Shown: piece after piece, positions 50,361-59,559 of the stretch
Position numbering within the stretch: position 1 is the stretch's first letter
How the letters are laid out: every line of letters starts with the position of its first letter
DNA from: Bacteroidales bacterium
GTDB lineage: Bacteria > Bacteroidota > Bacteroidia > Bacteroidales > Marinilabiliaceae
NCBI GenBank assembly: GCA_003249255.1
Contig: QKJP01000029.1
Span: 94,499-158,498 of the forward strand
Direction of reading: 5' to 3'
DNA: 64,000 bases
The notes under the pieces: model-generated
The model's database searches: none
Told to the model about the DNA's origin: nothing
The model's input: the letters and a program-made list of their open reading frames with translations, nothing else
Program-made: the position numbers and the translations under genes

Positions 50361-50635
50361 TGTCTAAAAGTACATACAATTCTGGTTTAATCTAAAAAAA
50401 AGCCCCAAAGGGGGCGATATCCTAAAGCCTTGCCTGTCAGGGCAAGGATGTTAATTATGTATCTTATATAAGGGCCAAAGGTGCGTAGTCTTAATCACAA
50501 GACTACGCACCTATATTTGTGCTACAATATCCATTTGCCATTATATTCATAGCCCTTCGGACTATGCTTTAGGACACCGCATCTTTGATGCTATGATATG
50601 CTTTTTGTTGATAAGTATATAACAACTGACTTCTG
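50361..50635 (-). mobile_element. Family-1 repeat, copy 3 (reverse orientation, diverged termini)
   Basis: Contains the GTGCGTAGTC...GACTACGCAC hairpin and the GGGCGATATCC core. Its ends are degraded. Confidence 0.5.
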
Positions 50636-50636
50636 A

Positions 50637-52133
50637 TTATTTTTTTATGATGATGGTCTCTTCGTAAATGGACTCGTTCTCATTGAATACTTTTAGTATA
50701 TACATGCCAGATTCTGCATTAAATGAAATGGCAGAACTGTTTATCTCTTGCGAGTCTACTTCTTTCCCGGTCATGTCAAATAACTGGTACCAAACGTTTG
50801 AGAAATCTGTTAATCCTGAGATAGTTATTTCTCCCGGGTTTGGATTTGGATAACAGGCTACTTTAATTTGTTGGGCATCCTTTGTGCCAACAGAAATAAG
50901 AGGAATGTTGTTAACGTCAATATCTTTCATCATGCTTCTTATGCATAAACCGTTATCGACAATTAATGTAAGGGGTAAGTAGAAAAAAGCACTAGGTTCA
51001 CATTCGACACAGGGAAGAACGATTCCCTCAGTGTGCAGGTTGGAAATATCTGAAATTATTAGGGATTCTTCTGTTCCAAGAACGATGTCTGTTTGTTCAT
51101 CTTTAGATTTTGCAATCCATTGATAGCTTATCGCACCTTTGTCTTTTGCTTCAACTTCAACATAGGTTTGGTTGGCAGATTCCGGAGTAACTTCAAATTC
51201 AGCAGAAAGTGTGCAATCATCATAAAATCCGATTTTCTTTAAACTCTCTTCATGATTTTTATCACATACGATATGGTATCTTACGCCGGTAGGGCAAGTA
51301 CATTCTTGGCAACTTGCATCTTGAGGCATGGCTTGTGATGTCCACTCTAATGAGTAAAACTCAATGCCTTTATCGCTTAAATAGGAAGCCAAAATGGCCA
51401 TTTTATCATCTACACTTGGGGCTTTAATGAAATTGATACCTTCCATCCAAGGACCGGCACAATAGGTTTCACCGTATATCAGGTATGTATAAGGGCTAGT
51501 GCTTGTAATGGTATCTTTACTCCAGTTAAAGTTATAGTTAAAAATAAGGTTGCTTTCCTGATAATCATCTACTTTAGCGTATACTCTGCTGCCTGTTAAA
51601 CAAGTGCAAGCTTTACATAACTCACGCTGTTGGTAAACGTTAGAATACTCAGAGTTTAAGATTTCGATACCTTTAGCTTTAAAAAATCCTTCCATAGTAG
51701 TGTTCATCATATACCAAGGATCTGAGCAACTGGTGTTGTTGTATTCACACACAACCGTTTTGTAATCTGTTACCTTAAATACGATTTCAAAAATGGTAGA
51801 TGTTGGTTCTGGAGCATCAGTTGTTATATATTTAGGGAGATCCATATCTACTAATTCATTTGTCATTCTTAATTTAAGTGTATCGGTACCAATAAAATAT
51901 TTTGATGGTTTGTACTGGTAGGTGTACTGTTCTTTGCCTGAAACAAAGAGTTTACTTAATTCATGGTGACGGGTTTGTTGGAGTACGCTCAATGAGAATC
52001 CATTAGGAACAGGAAAGTCTTTTTCAACAAGTGTGTTCTTCGATACGAGAGTATCTACTTTAGTGTTTTGCTCAATAGCAAATAAGGCTTGGGAAAAGTA
52101 TCCAAGCAAAAAGATCAAAATTAGGTTTTGCAT
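50637..52133 (-). CDS. T9SS C-terminal-target-domain cargo protein (Cys-rich repeats)
   Basis: Signal peptide, repeated CxxCxCxxG modules, and a C-terminal ~75-aa Por/T9SS sorting domain (...GMYILKVFNENESIYEETIIIKK). Confidence 0.65.
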   Translation of the reverse strand: MQNLILIFLLGYFSQALFAIEQNTKVDTLVSKNTLVEKDFPVPNGFSLSVLQQTRHHELSKLFVSGKEQYTYQYKPSKYFIGTDTLKLRMTNELVDMDLPKYITTDAPEPTSTIFEIVFKVTDYKTVVCEYNNTSCSDPWYMMNTTMEGFFKAKGIEILNSEYSNVYQQRELCKACTCLTGSRVYAKVDDYQESNLIFNYNFNWSKDTITSTSPYTYLIYGETYCAGPWMEGINFIKAPSVDDKMAILASYLSDKGIEFYSLEWTSQAMPQDASCQECTCPTGVRYHIVCDKNHEESLKKIGFYDDCTLSAEFEVTPESANQTYVEVEAKDKGAISYQWIAKSKDEQTDIVLGTEESLIISDISNLHTEGIVLPCVECEPSAFFYLPLTLIVDNGLCIRSMMKDIDVNNIPLISVGTKDAQQIKVACYPNPNPGEITISGLTDFSNVWYQLFDMTGKEVDSQEINSSAISFNAESGMYILKVFNENESIYEETIIIKK

Positions 52134-52473
52134 ACTGTGTTTAATTTTGTGATTGAATATCAGCTAGTAAGTGTAGAGTTCCCGCAAAAATAGAAAATGA
52201 ATTTGAATTTTCAACACTATAAATTATTGTTAATAATAACCCTTGGATAAAAGTATTAAATTTAAGATGGTTAGTCTGATGTCTATGGTCTAATGGTCTA
52301 TTATCGAGCGTGATTAGGAGTGTACTAATACATTAAGGTTAAAAACTGTTAATGATGTAACTTTTAGTCGCCATACAATGTATATGTATTTGAAGTTTTC
52401 TTCATAAGTTAGGGTTAAGGTTAGGTTAGAAAGAGGCAGCTATCAATAGTTGCCTCTTTCTTTTTTAATGGGA

Positions 52474-53948
52474 TTACTCAATGATAATTTTTTCCTGTAT
52501 GATAATCTTTTTTCCGTTGTGCGCTTTTATAAAGTAGATACCCGGCTTCACATCAAGTCTTATCGGTTTTTCACTGCAATTTCCCTGAGTAACTTTGGCT
52601 CCCAGTAAATTGTACACCTCGTATTTCATTGTTTGCATCCTTTCGGCTCCTTCAAAATGAATTGTACCTTTTGATGGATTTGGGAATATTTTTATTGAAT
52701 TACCACGAGTATTTTCTATTGAAGTCGGGTTATCTATAATAATAAACCTTGAGGTAGAATGTCTGCACCACATGTTTGATGAAATTTGCTCGATGGTGAT
52801 TCCGGTCTGAGAAGGAGGGCATGGAGTTGTGAAACAATAGATGGTATTGGTTTCTTGCTTTAATCGATCAATGTCGGGAACAATAATTTGATCTCCATAT
52901 CCAATAATTGTATCGTTATCTGTATAGGCTGATTTTGCTTTCCAGATTATGTCGTATCCTGCTGTGTTTATGTTGGATAATTTAAGCTGTGTTGGTGTGG
53001 TATAAATAAATTCATACTTAAAGAAATCCAATGGTTCACATTGGGTGTTAAATCCAATTTCTCTTAATTGATCAACAAATTCATTTTTTACAATAATATC
53101 AAATTGGTAACCTGTACCACAATCACATGCCTCGCAGAATCCGGTATTTTTTAAGTCAACCGTTAAGAAGTACTCTAAACTCTCTATGGAAATACCTTGT
53201 TTATTTAAATACTCAACAACTAAACCAAGGTAATAGTCTCTTCCCGGATCAGTGATAAACCAATGTCACTTTTCCATGGATCGCTACATTGAGTTTCCAT
53301 GTAACTCATGCGTGTATAGCCTTCTTGGTGGTAAAGCGGTGCATAAGTTGAGAAATTATAACCCTTAATGCTTTCTTCGTAATAATCTGCAGTTCTTAAA
53401 TAAATGCGATTACCTGATAGGCATCCACAAGATTCGCAATCTTGGTACAAGTTATAAACTGATGAATAGTCTACAGAATCGACTAAGATGCCATTGTTAT
53501 CAAAGAATTGTTTAATGTAGGCTTTGATTTCGAAAATATCAGTCGAAGGATATGGCTGTAAAAAGCTTGAGCATTTGGGTTCATCGTAATAATACAAGAC
53601 TTTTTCATGAGCTGTGACCTTTATGTAGAACTCTTCAATGACCGGTGTGTTTTTTTCAGGAGTTGTTCCGCACCCGGTTTGAAACCGAACCGTATCAATA
53701 CCCACAAAATCTTGCTTTGGAACATAAGTATAGGTTGCATTTACCAGTGAGTTGTCATAAATGAGCTCGCTTAGTTGGGCATTGTCGGGATGCTCTAGGA
53801 TATTAATACCACATTCGTGTGTTTCAAACTGAAAGTTAAGTTCTAATTGGCTGTTTATGCTAATGATGGTATCGCTTTTTTCAAGTAGGTTTGCAGAAGC
53901 ATTAAATGCTATAATCAAGATAAATACTGCTAGTGTAAAAGTCTTCAT
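52474..53948 (-). pseudogene. frameshifted paralog of the T9SS cargo gene 50637..52133 (ORFs 53220..53948 and 52474..53031 in different frames)
   Basis: Both pieces align colinearly to the paralog. Translating 53031..53265 in the downstream frame gives HWFITDPGRDYYLGLVVEYLNKQGISIESLEYF...CEACDCGTGYQFD, homologous to the paralog. The shift lies near 53238..53262. The C-terminal T9SS domain is present. Confidence 0.5.
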
Positions 53949-54558
53949 GTTTTTGTTATTAGATGATATTTATTTTGCACCTAATATACAATTGACTAGA
54001 GAGCTGCACCTATAATAATTTTTGAAAATAAAGTTAAAGGATGTTTGGGGAGTGGGCTAATGAGGTTCGTTTTCACAAAATATTACTGCTGCGTTGATAA
54101 AGAGCTAAGTTGTAGAGTTGTTGAATTGCTAAACTGTGGATTTGCTTAATTGATGATTCAGTCCATCGCAAAAAAACATCTTGGCAAATGAGCAAATTAA
54201 CAACTATTCAACTCAGTAACTATGCATAAGGTGTTATTATCTTAATAAATGTTAAAGCCGTAACCTTTAAGCCTTAATTCAGTAATAGTACTTGAAGTTT
54301 TCTTCATAAGTTAGGGTTAAGGTTAGGTTGAAGAAGGAGAATCCGTTGGGTGTTCCTTTTTTTATTGCTTGTATAATTGGCCAATTGATAAACTTTTAAT
54401 CCAAGTTCGCAACAAAATCATTTAACAACTCTACAGCTCATCAGTTTAGCACCCCGGCAGTTCGGCAATAAAACAATTAAGCAGTTTATCAACTCAACAG
54501 TTCAGCAAATAGACAATTAAGCAACTCGGCAACTGACCAGTTCGGCAAATAAACCTTG

Positions 54559-54843
54559 TTAATAATAAGTATTATTATTTTTTCGTTGCGATTGTGGTAA
54601 CGAGCTAAATCTGTCGAACTTCACAGTTCCTGCCTGCGTCGAATACTGTTCACAAATCATGACTCCGTCGTGGTAAAAAGGAATTTCAATACTATCGCCA
54701 TATTTTTCGCGATACTCTAAAGCCAATTCATCAAAATCCACTTGATTTAAGTAAATGGTATCGTTTTCAGTGATGTTATGTTCTGCGATAATTTCACTAA
54801 GAGAGTTTAATGTAATGTAGATGGGGTATAGAGTAGTTTTCAT
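54559..54843 (-). CDS. hypothetical protein
   Basis: 94-aa ORF with no domain and weak support. Confidence 0.3.
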   Translation of the reverse strand: MKTTLYPIYITLNSLSEIIAEHNITENDTIYLNQVDFDELALEYREKYGDSIEIPFYHDGVMICEQYSTQAGTVKFDRFSSLPQSQRKNNNTYY

Positions 54844-54982
54844 TTGTTTTCTTTTATTTGGATAAAAGTCATTAATGTGCTAATTAGCTGATGTGCCTAT
54901 TTGTCAATTAATTTATTTACTATTCGATAGCATCGATCCATGAACGTTAGATTGCTAGATAGAAGTAAAAATTATTGGAAAC

Positions 54983-55014
54983 AAAAAAGCCGTTCAAAAA
55001 ATGAACGGCTTTTT
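54983..55014 (-). terminator. rho-independent terminator downstream of tRNA-Arg
   Basis: AGCCGTTCA-loop-TGAACGGCT flanked by A6 and T4 runs. On the minus strand it follows the tRNA 3' end. Confidence 0.6.
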
Positions 55015-55019
55015 AATAA

Positions 55020-55096
55020 TGGTGATCCGGGCGGGATTCGAACCCACGACCCACAGCTTAGAAGGCTGTTGCTCTATCCGACTGAGCTACCGGACC
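55020..55096 (-). tRNA. tRNA-Arg (anticodon TCT)
   Basis: The reverse complement folds as a cloverleaf: acceptor GGTCCGG/CCGGATC, D-stem GCTC/GAGC, anticodon stem ACAGC/GCTGT with loop CTTCTAA, T-arm GTGGG-TTCGAAT-CCCGC, discriminator A, encoded CCA. Confidence 0.85.
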
Positions 55097-55410
55097 ATCC
55101 TTGTGCTTTTCCTCAAAAGCGATGCAAAGATAGGTATTAGTTTTGAGTTTGCAAGTTGTTTCCGCTAAAAAATATGCAATGATGGGGCTGTTGGGTTCTA
55201 AGGTGCTTTATATCACTAAATAATAGGTCTTAAAAATGTTTGGTTTGTAAGGATGGACGATAAAAGTTGGAGGTTTTTGAGAGCAAGACCCTGCTAAAGG
55301 CTAAGAGCCAGTGACTAATAGCTGATCATTAACTTGTATTATTTCGATTAAGAACAATGTGATAGACAAAGATAATCTTTACCTTTGATCCGATTTTTAA
55401 ACCAATTAGC

Positions 55411-55854
55411 GTGAAGAAGTTTATACTGCCCATAATGATTTTAATGGCAATGGTAGCGTGCAATTGCCCAAAAGAAAAGACTCCAAGTCTTTGTTGTTCA
55501 AAAGAAGAAAAAGCCATATCGAAATGTTGCGAAACTAAAAAAGAATCGGTTTTACGTCATGTAGTTCTTTTTGAGTGGAACGATAGTACTTCTCAAGAAA
55601 AAAGAGAAGAATTGATCAATCATTTCGCGTCATTAAAGGAGAAGATTGATGTGATTCAGGATTTTGAATATGGTTCAGATGTCAGTGTGGAAGGATTAAC
55701 GAAAGGTTATAACCACTGTTTTATCGTCACGTTTAAAGATACAGTGGGGCGAAATACTTATTTACCACACCCCGATCATAAGGTATTTGGAGATTCAGTC
55801 GTGCCGCATTTAAAGAATGTTCTTGTGGTAGATTATCTCTCACAAAAAGAATAA
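55411..55854 (+). CDS. Dabb (stress-responsive alpha/beta barrel) domain lipoprotein
   Basis: Lipobox MAMVACNC and a Cys-rich linker, then a Dabb domain (RHVVLFEW...GYNHCFIVTFKD...YLPHPDH). Confidence 0.6.
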   Translation: MKKFILPIMILMAMVACNCPKEKTPSLCCSKEEKAISKCCETKKESVLRHVVLFEWNDSTSQEKREELINHFASLKEKIDVIQDFEYGSDVSVEGLTKGYNHCFIVTFKDTVGRNTYLPHPDHKVFGDSVVPHLKNVLVVDYLSQKE

Positions 55855-56027
55855 AGTTTAGATGTATATCTAATAACCCTAAAGAGGCTTTATTCGTAAA
55901 GTCTCTTTTTTTATAGTCAATTTAGAGGTTTTAGGTTTATTTCAATAATCGTAATTGAATTCATTTCGATTAAACTTCGGACTACGGACTTCCCCCGATA
56001 GCTATCGGGGCTTTCAATATTTAAACT

Positions 56028-57413
56028 ATGACAAAAGCAGCAAAAAATGTACGTGAATTAGAATTTGAATCCATTTCAAAACTCATGTGGAAATATTTCT
56101 TACCGGCATTGGTAGGCGTAATGATGAGTTCTTTGTATAATGTGGTCGATCGTATTTTTATTGGTCAAGGTGTTGGTGCTGAAGCTTTATCGGCGCTGAG
56201 TGCAGTATTTCCCATCATGATAATTATAGTGGCTTTTGGAATGCTTATTGGTGTAGGTGCCGGAGTAAGGGTTTCTATAAATTTGGGTAAGAAAGATTTT
56301 AACCGGGCAGAACTTGTTTTGGGTAATGCCTTTGTAATGATGCTAATTATTTCGGTTTTGATCACCGGCATTGGTTTAGGTTTGAAGGAGCCTTTGTTGC
56401 GGTTTTTTGGAGTCGGACAAGCGACTTTTGATTATGCCGTGGAATATATCGATATTATTCTTTGGAGTGCTGTTTTTCAGGTGGTTGGTTATTCGTTAAA
56501 CAACATTATTCGTTCTGAGGGAAATGCCAAGGTAGCCATGTTTTCCATGATCATCACATCGGTATTAAATATGCTTTTAGACCCATTATTTATATTTGTG
56601 TTCGATATGGGGGTTGCCGGAGCTGCTTATGCTACAGTATTGTCGCAAGTGGCTTTATGCGTGTGGACCATTTATCATTTTAGAAGTAAAAAATCTGTTA
56701 TTAAGCTCGATATCGCAAAGTTTAAACTAAGCGGGGAGATCATATGGTACATTGTAACCATTGGGTTTTCTTCCTTTATGATGCAGTTAGCTTCATCATT
56801 GGTTTTTGGCACATTTAACGTGCAATTGGTTAAGTATGGTGGAGATATTGCTGTTGGAGCGCTCGGTATTTTAATGAGTGTGGCCATGATAATAATATTT
56901 ACATGTATTGCAATTAATTTGGCCGGACAGCCAATTATTAGTTTTAATCATGGTGCCAATTTACCTGCTCGAGTAAAGCAAACTCTGTTAACCGGGATGT
57001 GGTGGGCAACTGTAGTATGTGTAGTCGGATTTGTACTTACGCAAATCTTTCCACATGCTATTATCAAGGCATTTAATAAGGATAATAAAGAATTGTTAGA
57101 AGTAGGAGAGAGAGGTATGCGGTTATTGATGTTTGGATTTCCGGTAGTAGGTTTTCAAATTGTAGTGGCTAATTATTTCCAATCTACTGCTAAAGCCGGA
57201 TTAGCTACTGTTTTATCCTTGTTGAGGCAAGTTATTTTTTTAGTGCCACTTCTTTGGATCTTTCCAAAGTATTATGGAATAGATGGCGTGTGGTTGGCAG
57301 GTCCCTTCTCCGATTATATGTCAGCAATAGTTATTTCTGTATTTTTAGTGAGGGAAGTAAAAAAGCTTAATACGCTTATTGATTATAAGGAAGCTGGCAC
57401 AGTCAAGTTATAG
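56028..57413 (+). CDS. MATE-family efflux transporter
   Basis: 461 aa with 12 TM helices and MATE N-terminal pattern (KYFLPALVGVMMSSLYNVVDRIFIG). Confidence 0.8.
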   Translation: MTKAAKNVRELEFESISKLMWKYFLPALVGVMMSSLYNVVDRIFIGQGVGAEALSALSAVFPIMIIIVAFGMLIGVGAGVRVSINLGKKDFNRAELVLGNAFVMMLIISVLITGIGLGLKEPLLRFFGVGQATFDYAVEYIDIILWSAVFQVVGYSLNNIIRSEGNAKVAMFSMIITSVLNMLLDPLFIFVFDMGVAGAAYATVLSQVALCVWTIYHFRSKKSVIKLDIAKFKLSGEIIWYIVTIGFSSFMMQLASSLVFGTFNVQLVKYGGDIAVGALGILMSVAMIIIFTCIAINLAGQPIISFNHGANLPARVKQTLLTGMWWATVVCVVGFVLTQIFPHAIIKAFNKDNKELLEVGERGMRLLMFGFPVVGFQIVVANYFQSTAKAGLATVLSLLRQVIFLVPLLWIFPKYYGIDGVWLAGPFSDYMSAIVISVFLVREVKKLNTLIDYKEAGTVKL

Positions 57414-57424
57414 TTACATTTTTT

Positions 57425-57701
57425 GAGGTAAGTAGTTAAATACTTATCAATAGTAAGCTTACGTTAGTATCAAAGATGCGGTGTCATTAAGCATAGCCTG
57501 AAGGGCTATGAATATCATGGCATGATATTGTTAGTGCCAAAAGTGTGTAGTCGTGTAATATAAGACTACGCACCTATGTTTGGCATTTAAATAAAATACC
57601 TGATTAATATCCTAGCCTTTACTGGCTAGGCTTTGGGATATCGCCCACTTTGGGGCTTTTTTAGATTTATGTAGAGATGTATGTACTTATCTACTGACCT
57701 C
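57425..57701 (+). mobile_element. Family-1 repeat, copy 4
   Basis: Full-length copy with TIRs GAGGTAAGTAG...CTACTGACCTC, flanked by ACATTTTTT and TACATTTTT. Confidence 0.55.
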
Positions 57702-57721
57702 AATACATTTTTAAAAAATTG

Positions 57722-57752
57722 AAGCGCAGTTTTATTAAGCTGCGCTTTTTTA
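57722..57752 (+). terminator. rho-independent terminator
   Basis: AAGCGCAG-loop-CTGCGCTTTTTT. Confidence 0.65.
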
Positions 57753-58008
57753 TTGGTAATAACCAGTTTAGCTTGATCAAATAATCTGAATAAGAAAGAT
57801 TTATATGTGTGAGAGTAGTTAGTGTAGATTAATTATTAAAGAATAGCTTAAGAAAAATTTATTGTAGACGCTAAATCACGCTCAAATATTATTACTATCT
57901 TCAATTAAACATAAATGGTTTTACACTGTTTTACCTGTCGTGTAAAAGTTTTATATGATGGGTTTTTTAATTCTAAACTAAACCTATAAATATCTATAAA
58001 AGATTGGT

Positions 58009-59547
58009 ATGATTGATAATAGGAAAGCTTACAAGGAGTTTGTGGCGCGAAAAGAGAAGCTGAAAGAACAATACTCTGGAGATTATTCTGAACGACAACA
58101 TAAAAAAGGAAAATTAACTGCCCGTGAACGTATTGAGATTCTCTTGGATGAAGGCAGTTTTCATGAAATTGATGCATTTGTAAAATCAGCCGGTGGTAAA
58201 GGTGATAAATATGGCGATGGTGTCATAACCGGGTACGGTACTGTAAATGGCCGCCAGGTTATGCTTTTTGCACAGGACTTTAATATAATGGGCGGATCAT
58301 TGGGCTATGTACATGCTCAAAAAATCCAGAAAGTACAAGGAATGGCTCTTAAGATGGGTCACCCAATTATCGGATTAATTGATTCAGGCGGTGCTCGTAT
58401 TCAAGAGGGGGTAGCCAGTTTAGCAGGTTACGCCGGTATTTTTCATCACAATGTAAAAGCGTCCGGCATTATCCCTCAAATCTCTGTGATTCTGGGTCCG
58501 GCAGCTGGTGGAGCCGTTTATTCACCGGCCTTAACAGATTTTCGTTTCATGGTGAAAAGTACCTCACACATGTTTGTAACAGGACCTTCTGTTGTAAAAG
58601 AAGTGTTAAATGAAGACGTATCCTTTGAAGAGTTAGGAGGCGCACAAGTACATGCTTCCAAATCCGGAGTTGCTGATTTTATTTACAACGATGAAGAGCA
58701 TTGTTTGCTCGGGGTTAAAAAGCTACTTTCGTATTTGCCATCCAATCATTTAGAGCATGCACCTAAGAAAAAACAGAATGTAGAAGATCCTAGTTTTCAG
58801 GAGAAAATTTCCTACATTCTTCCTGAAGATCCCAGTAAGCCTTATGATATGAACGATATCGTCAATTGTATCGTAGATCATGGCAGTTACTTTGAGGTAG
58901 GCGAAAATTTTGCAGGAAACATCATTACCGGATTTGGTCGATTAGATGGAGCTACGATTGGTATCATTGCCAATCAGCCAAAAATTATGGCAGGTACTCT
59001 AGATATAAGTGCTTCGCGCAAAGCAGCTCGTTTTGTGCGTTTTTGTGATGCGTTTAACATTCCTGTTTTAGTATTAGAAGATGTGCCCGGTTTTATTCCG
59101 GGAACGAATCAAGAGCATGACGCCATTATTTTACATGGTGCAAAGTTATTGTATGCTTTTGCTGAAGCAACAGTTCCTAAAATCACTGTGATCATTCGTA
59201 AAGCTTATGGTGGCGCTTACATTGTAATGAACAGTAAAAATATGGGAGGCGACTTTAATTTTGCCTGGCCAACAGCCGAAGTGGCTGTGATGGGACCCGA
59301 TGGCGCCATCAAAATTTTAAACCATAAAGAACTGCAAGCTGCGGAAGATCCTGAAGCTCTTAAAAAGGAATTGGTAGCCAAATACAAAGACGAGATTGCC
59401 AATCCGTTTATCGCCGAAGAAAAAGGATTTATCGATGAGGTAATTGAGCCGGAGAAAACCCGGGAGGTTTTAATAGGAGCCTTTAACCTGCTCAAGCATA
59501 AGACAGAACAAAGCTTACCACGTAAACACGGAAATATTCCCTTATAA
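58009..59547 (+). CDS. acyl-CoA carboxylase carboxyltransferase subunit (propionyl-CoA carboxylase beta / methylmalonyl-CoA carboxyltransferase family)
   Basis: 512 aa with two crotonase-like carboxyltransferase halves (GGARIQEG..., IIRKAYGGAYIVMN). Confidence 0.85.
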   Translation: MIDNRKAYKEFVARKEKLKEQYSGDYSERQHKKGKLTARERIEILLDEGSFHEIDAFVKSAGGKGDKYGDGVITGYGTVNGRQVMLFAQDFNIMGGSLGYVHAQKIQKVQGMALKMGHPIIGLIDSGGARIQEGVASLAGYAGIFHHNVKASGIIPQISVILGPAAGGAVYSPALTDFRFMVKSTSHMFVTGPSVVKEVLNEDVSFEELGGAQVHASKSGVADFIYNDEEHCLLGVKKLLSYLPSNHLEHAPKKKQNVEDPSFQEKISYILPEDPSKPYDMNDIVNCIVDHGSYFEVGENFAGNIITGFGRLDGATIGIIANQPKIMAGTLDISASRKAARFVRFCDAFNIPVLVLEDVPGFIPGTNQEHDAIILHGAKLLYAFAEATVPKITVIIRKAYGGAYIVMNSKNMGGDFNFAWPTAEVAVMGPDGAIKILNHKELQAAEDPEALKKELVAKYKDEIANPFIAEEKGFIDEVIEPEKTREVLIGAFNLLKHKTEQSLPRKHGNIPL

Positions 59548-59559
59548 TTCTTAGGACTA

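Noticed and set aside
52411-52429. Telomere-like TTAGGGTTAAGGTTAGGTT inside the conserved 37-bp element
   Set aside because: The resemblance to eukaryotic TTAGGG repeats is only two units in a bacterial intergenic region, so it is coincidental. The element is discussed instead as a candidate regulatory or sRNA module.
54441-54556. Possible CRISPR array in the imperfect tandem repeats
   Set aside because: The units are ~44 bp with many mismatches and only about three copies. There are no regularly sized unique spacers and no cas genes anywhere in the window. No CRISPR array was found elsewhere either.
55020-55096. tRNA-Arg as the attachment site of an integrated element
   Set aside because: No integrase or recombinase, no direct repeat of the tRNA 3' end, and no phage or conjugative genes were seen within 10 kb on either side. 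Flanking genes are ordinary hypotheticals and a Dabb/MATE pair.
54940-55140. 66-aa plus-strand ORF overlapping tRNA-Arg
   Set aside because: It completely overlaps the antisense strand of a well-formed tRNA and its terminator, so it is an artefact of the six-frame track.
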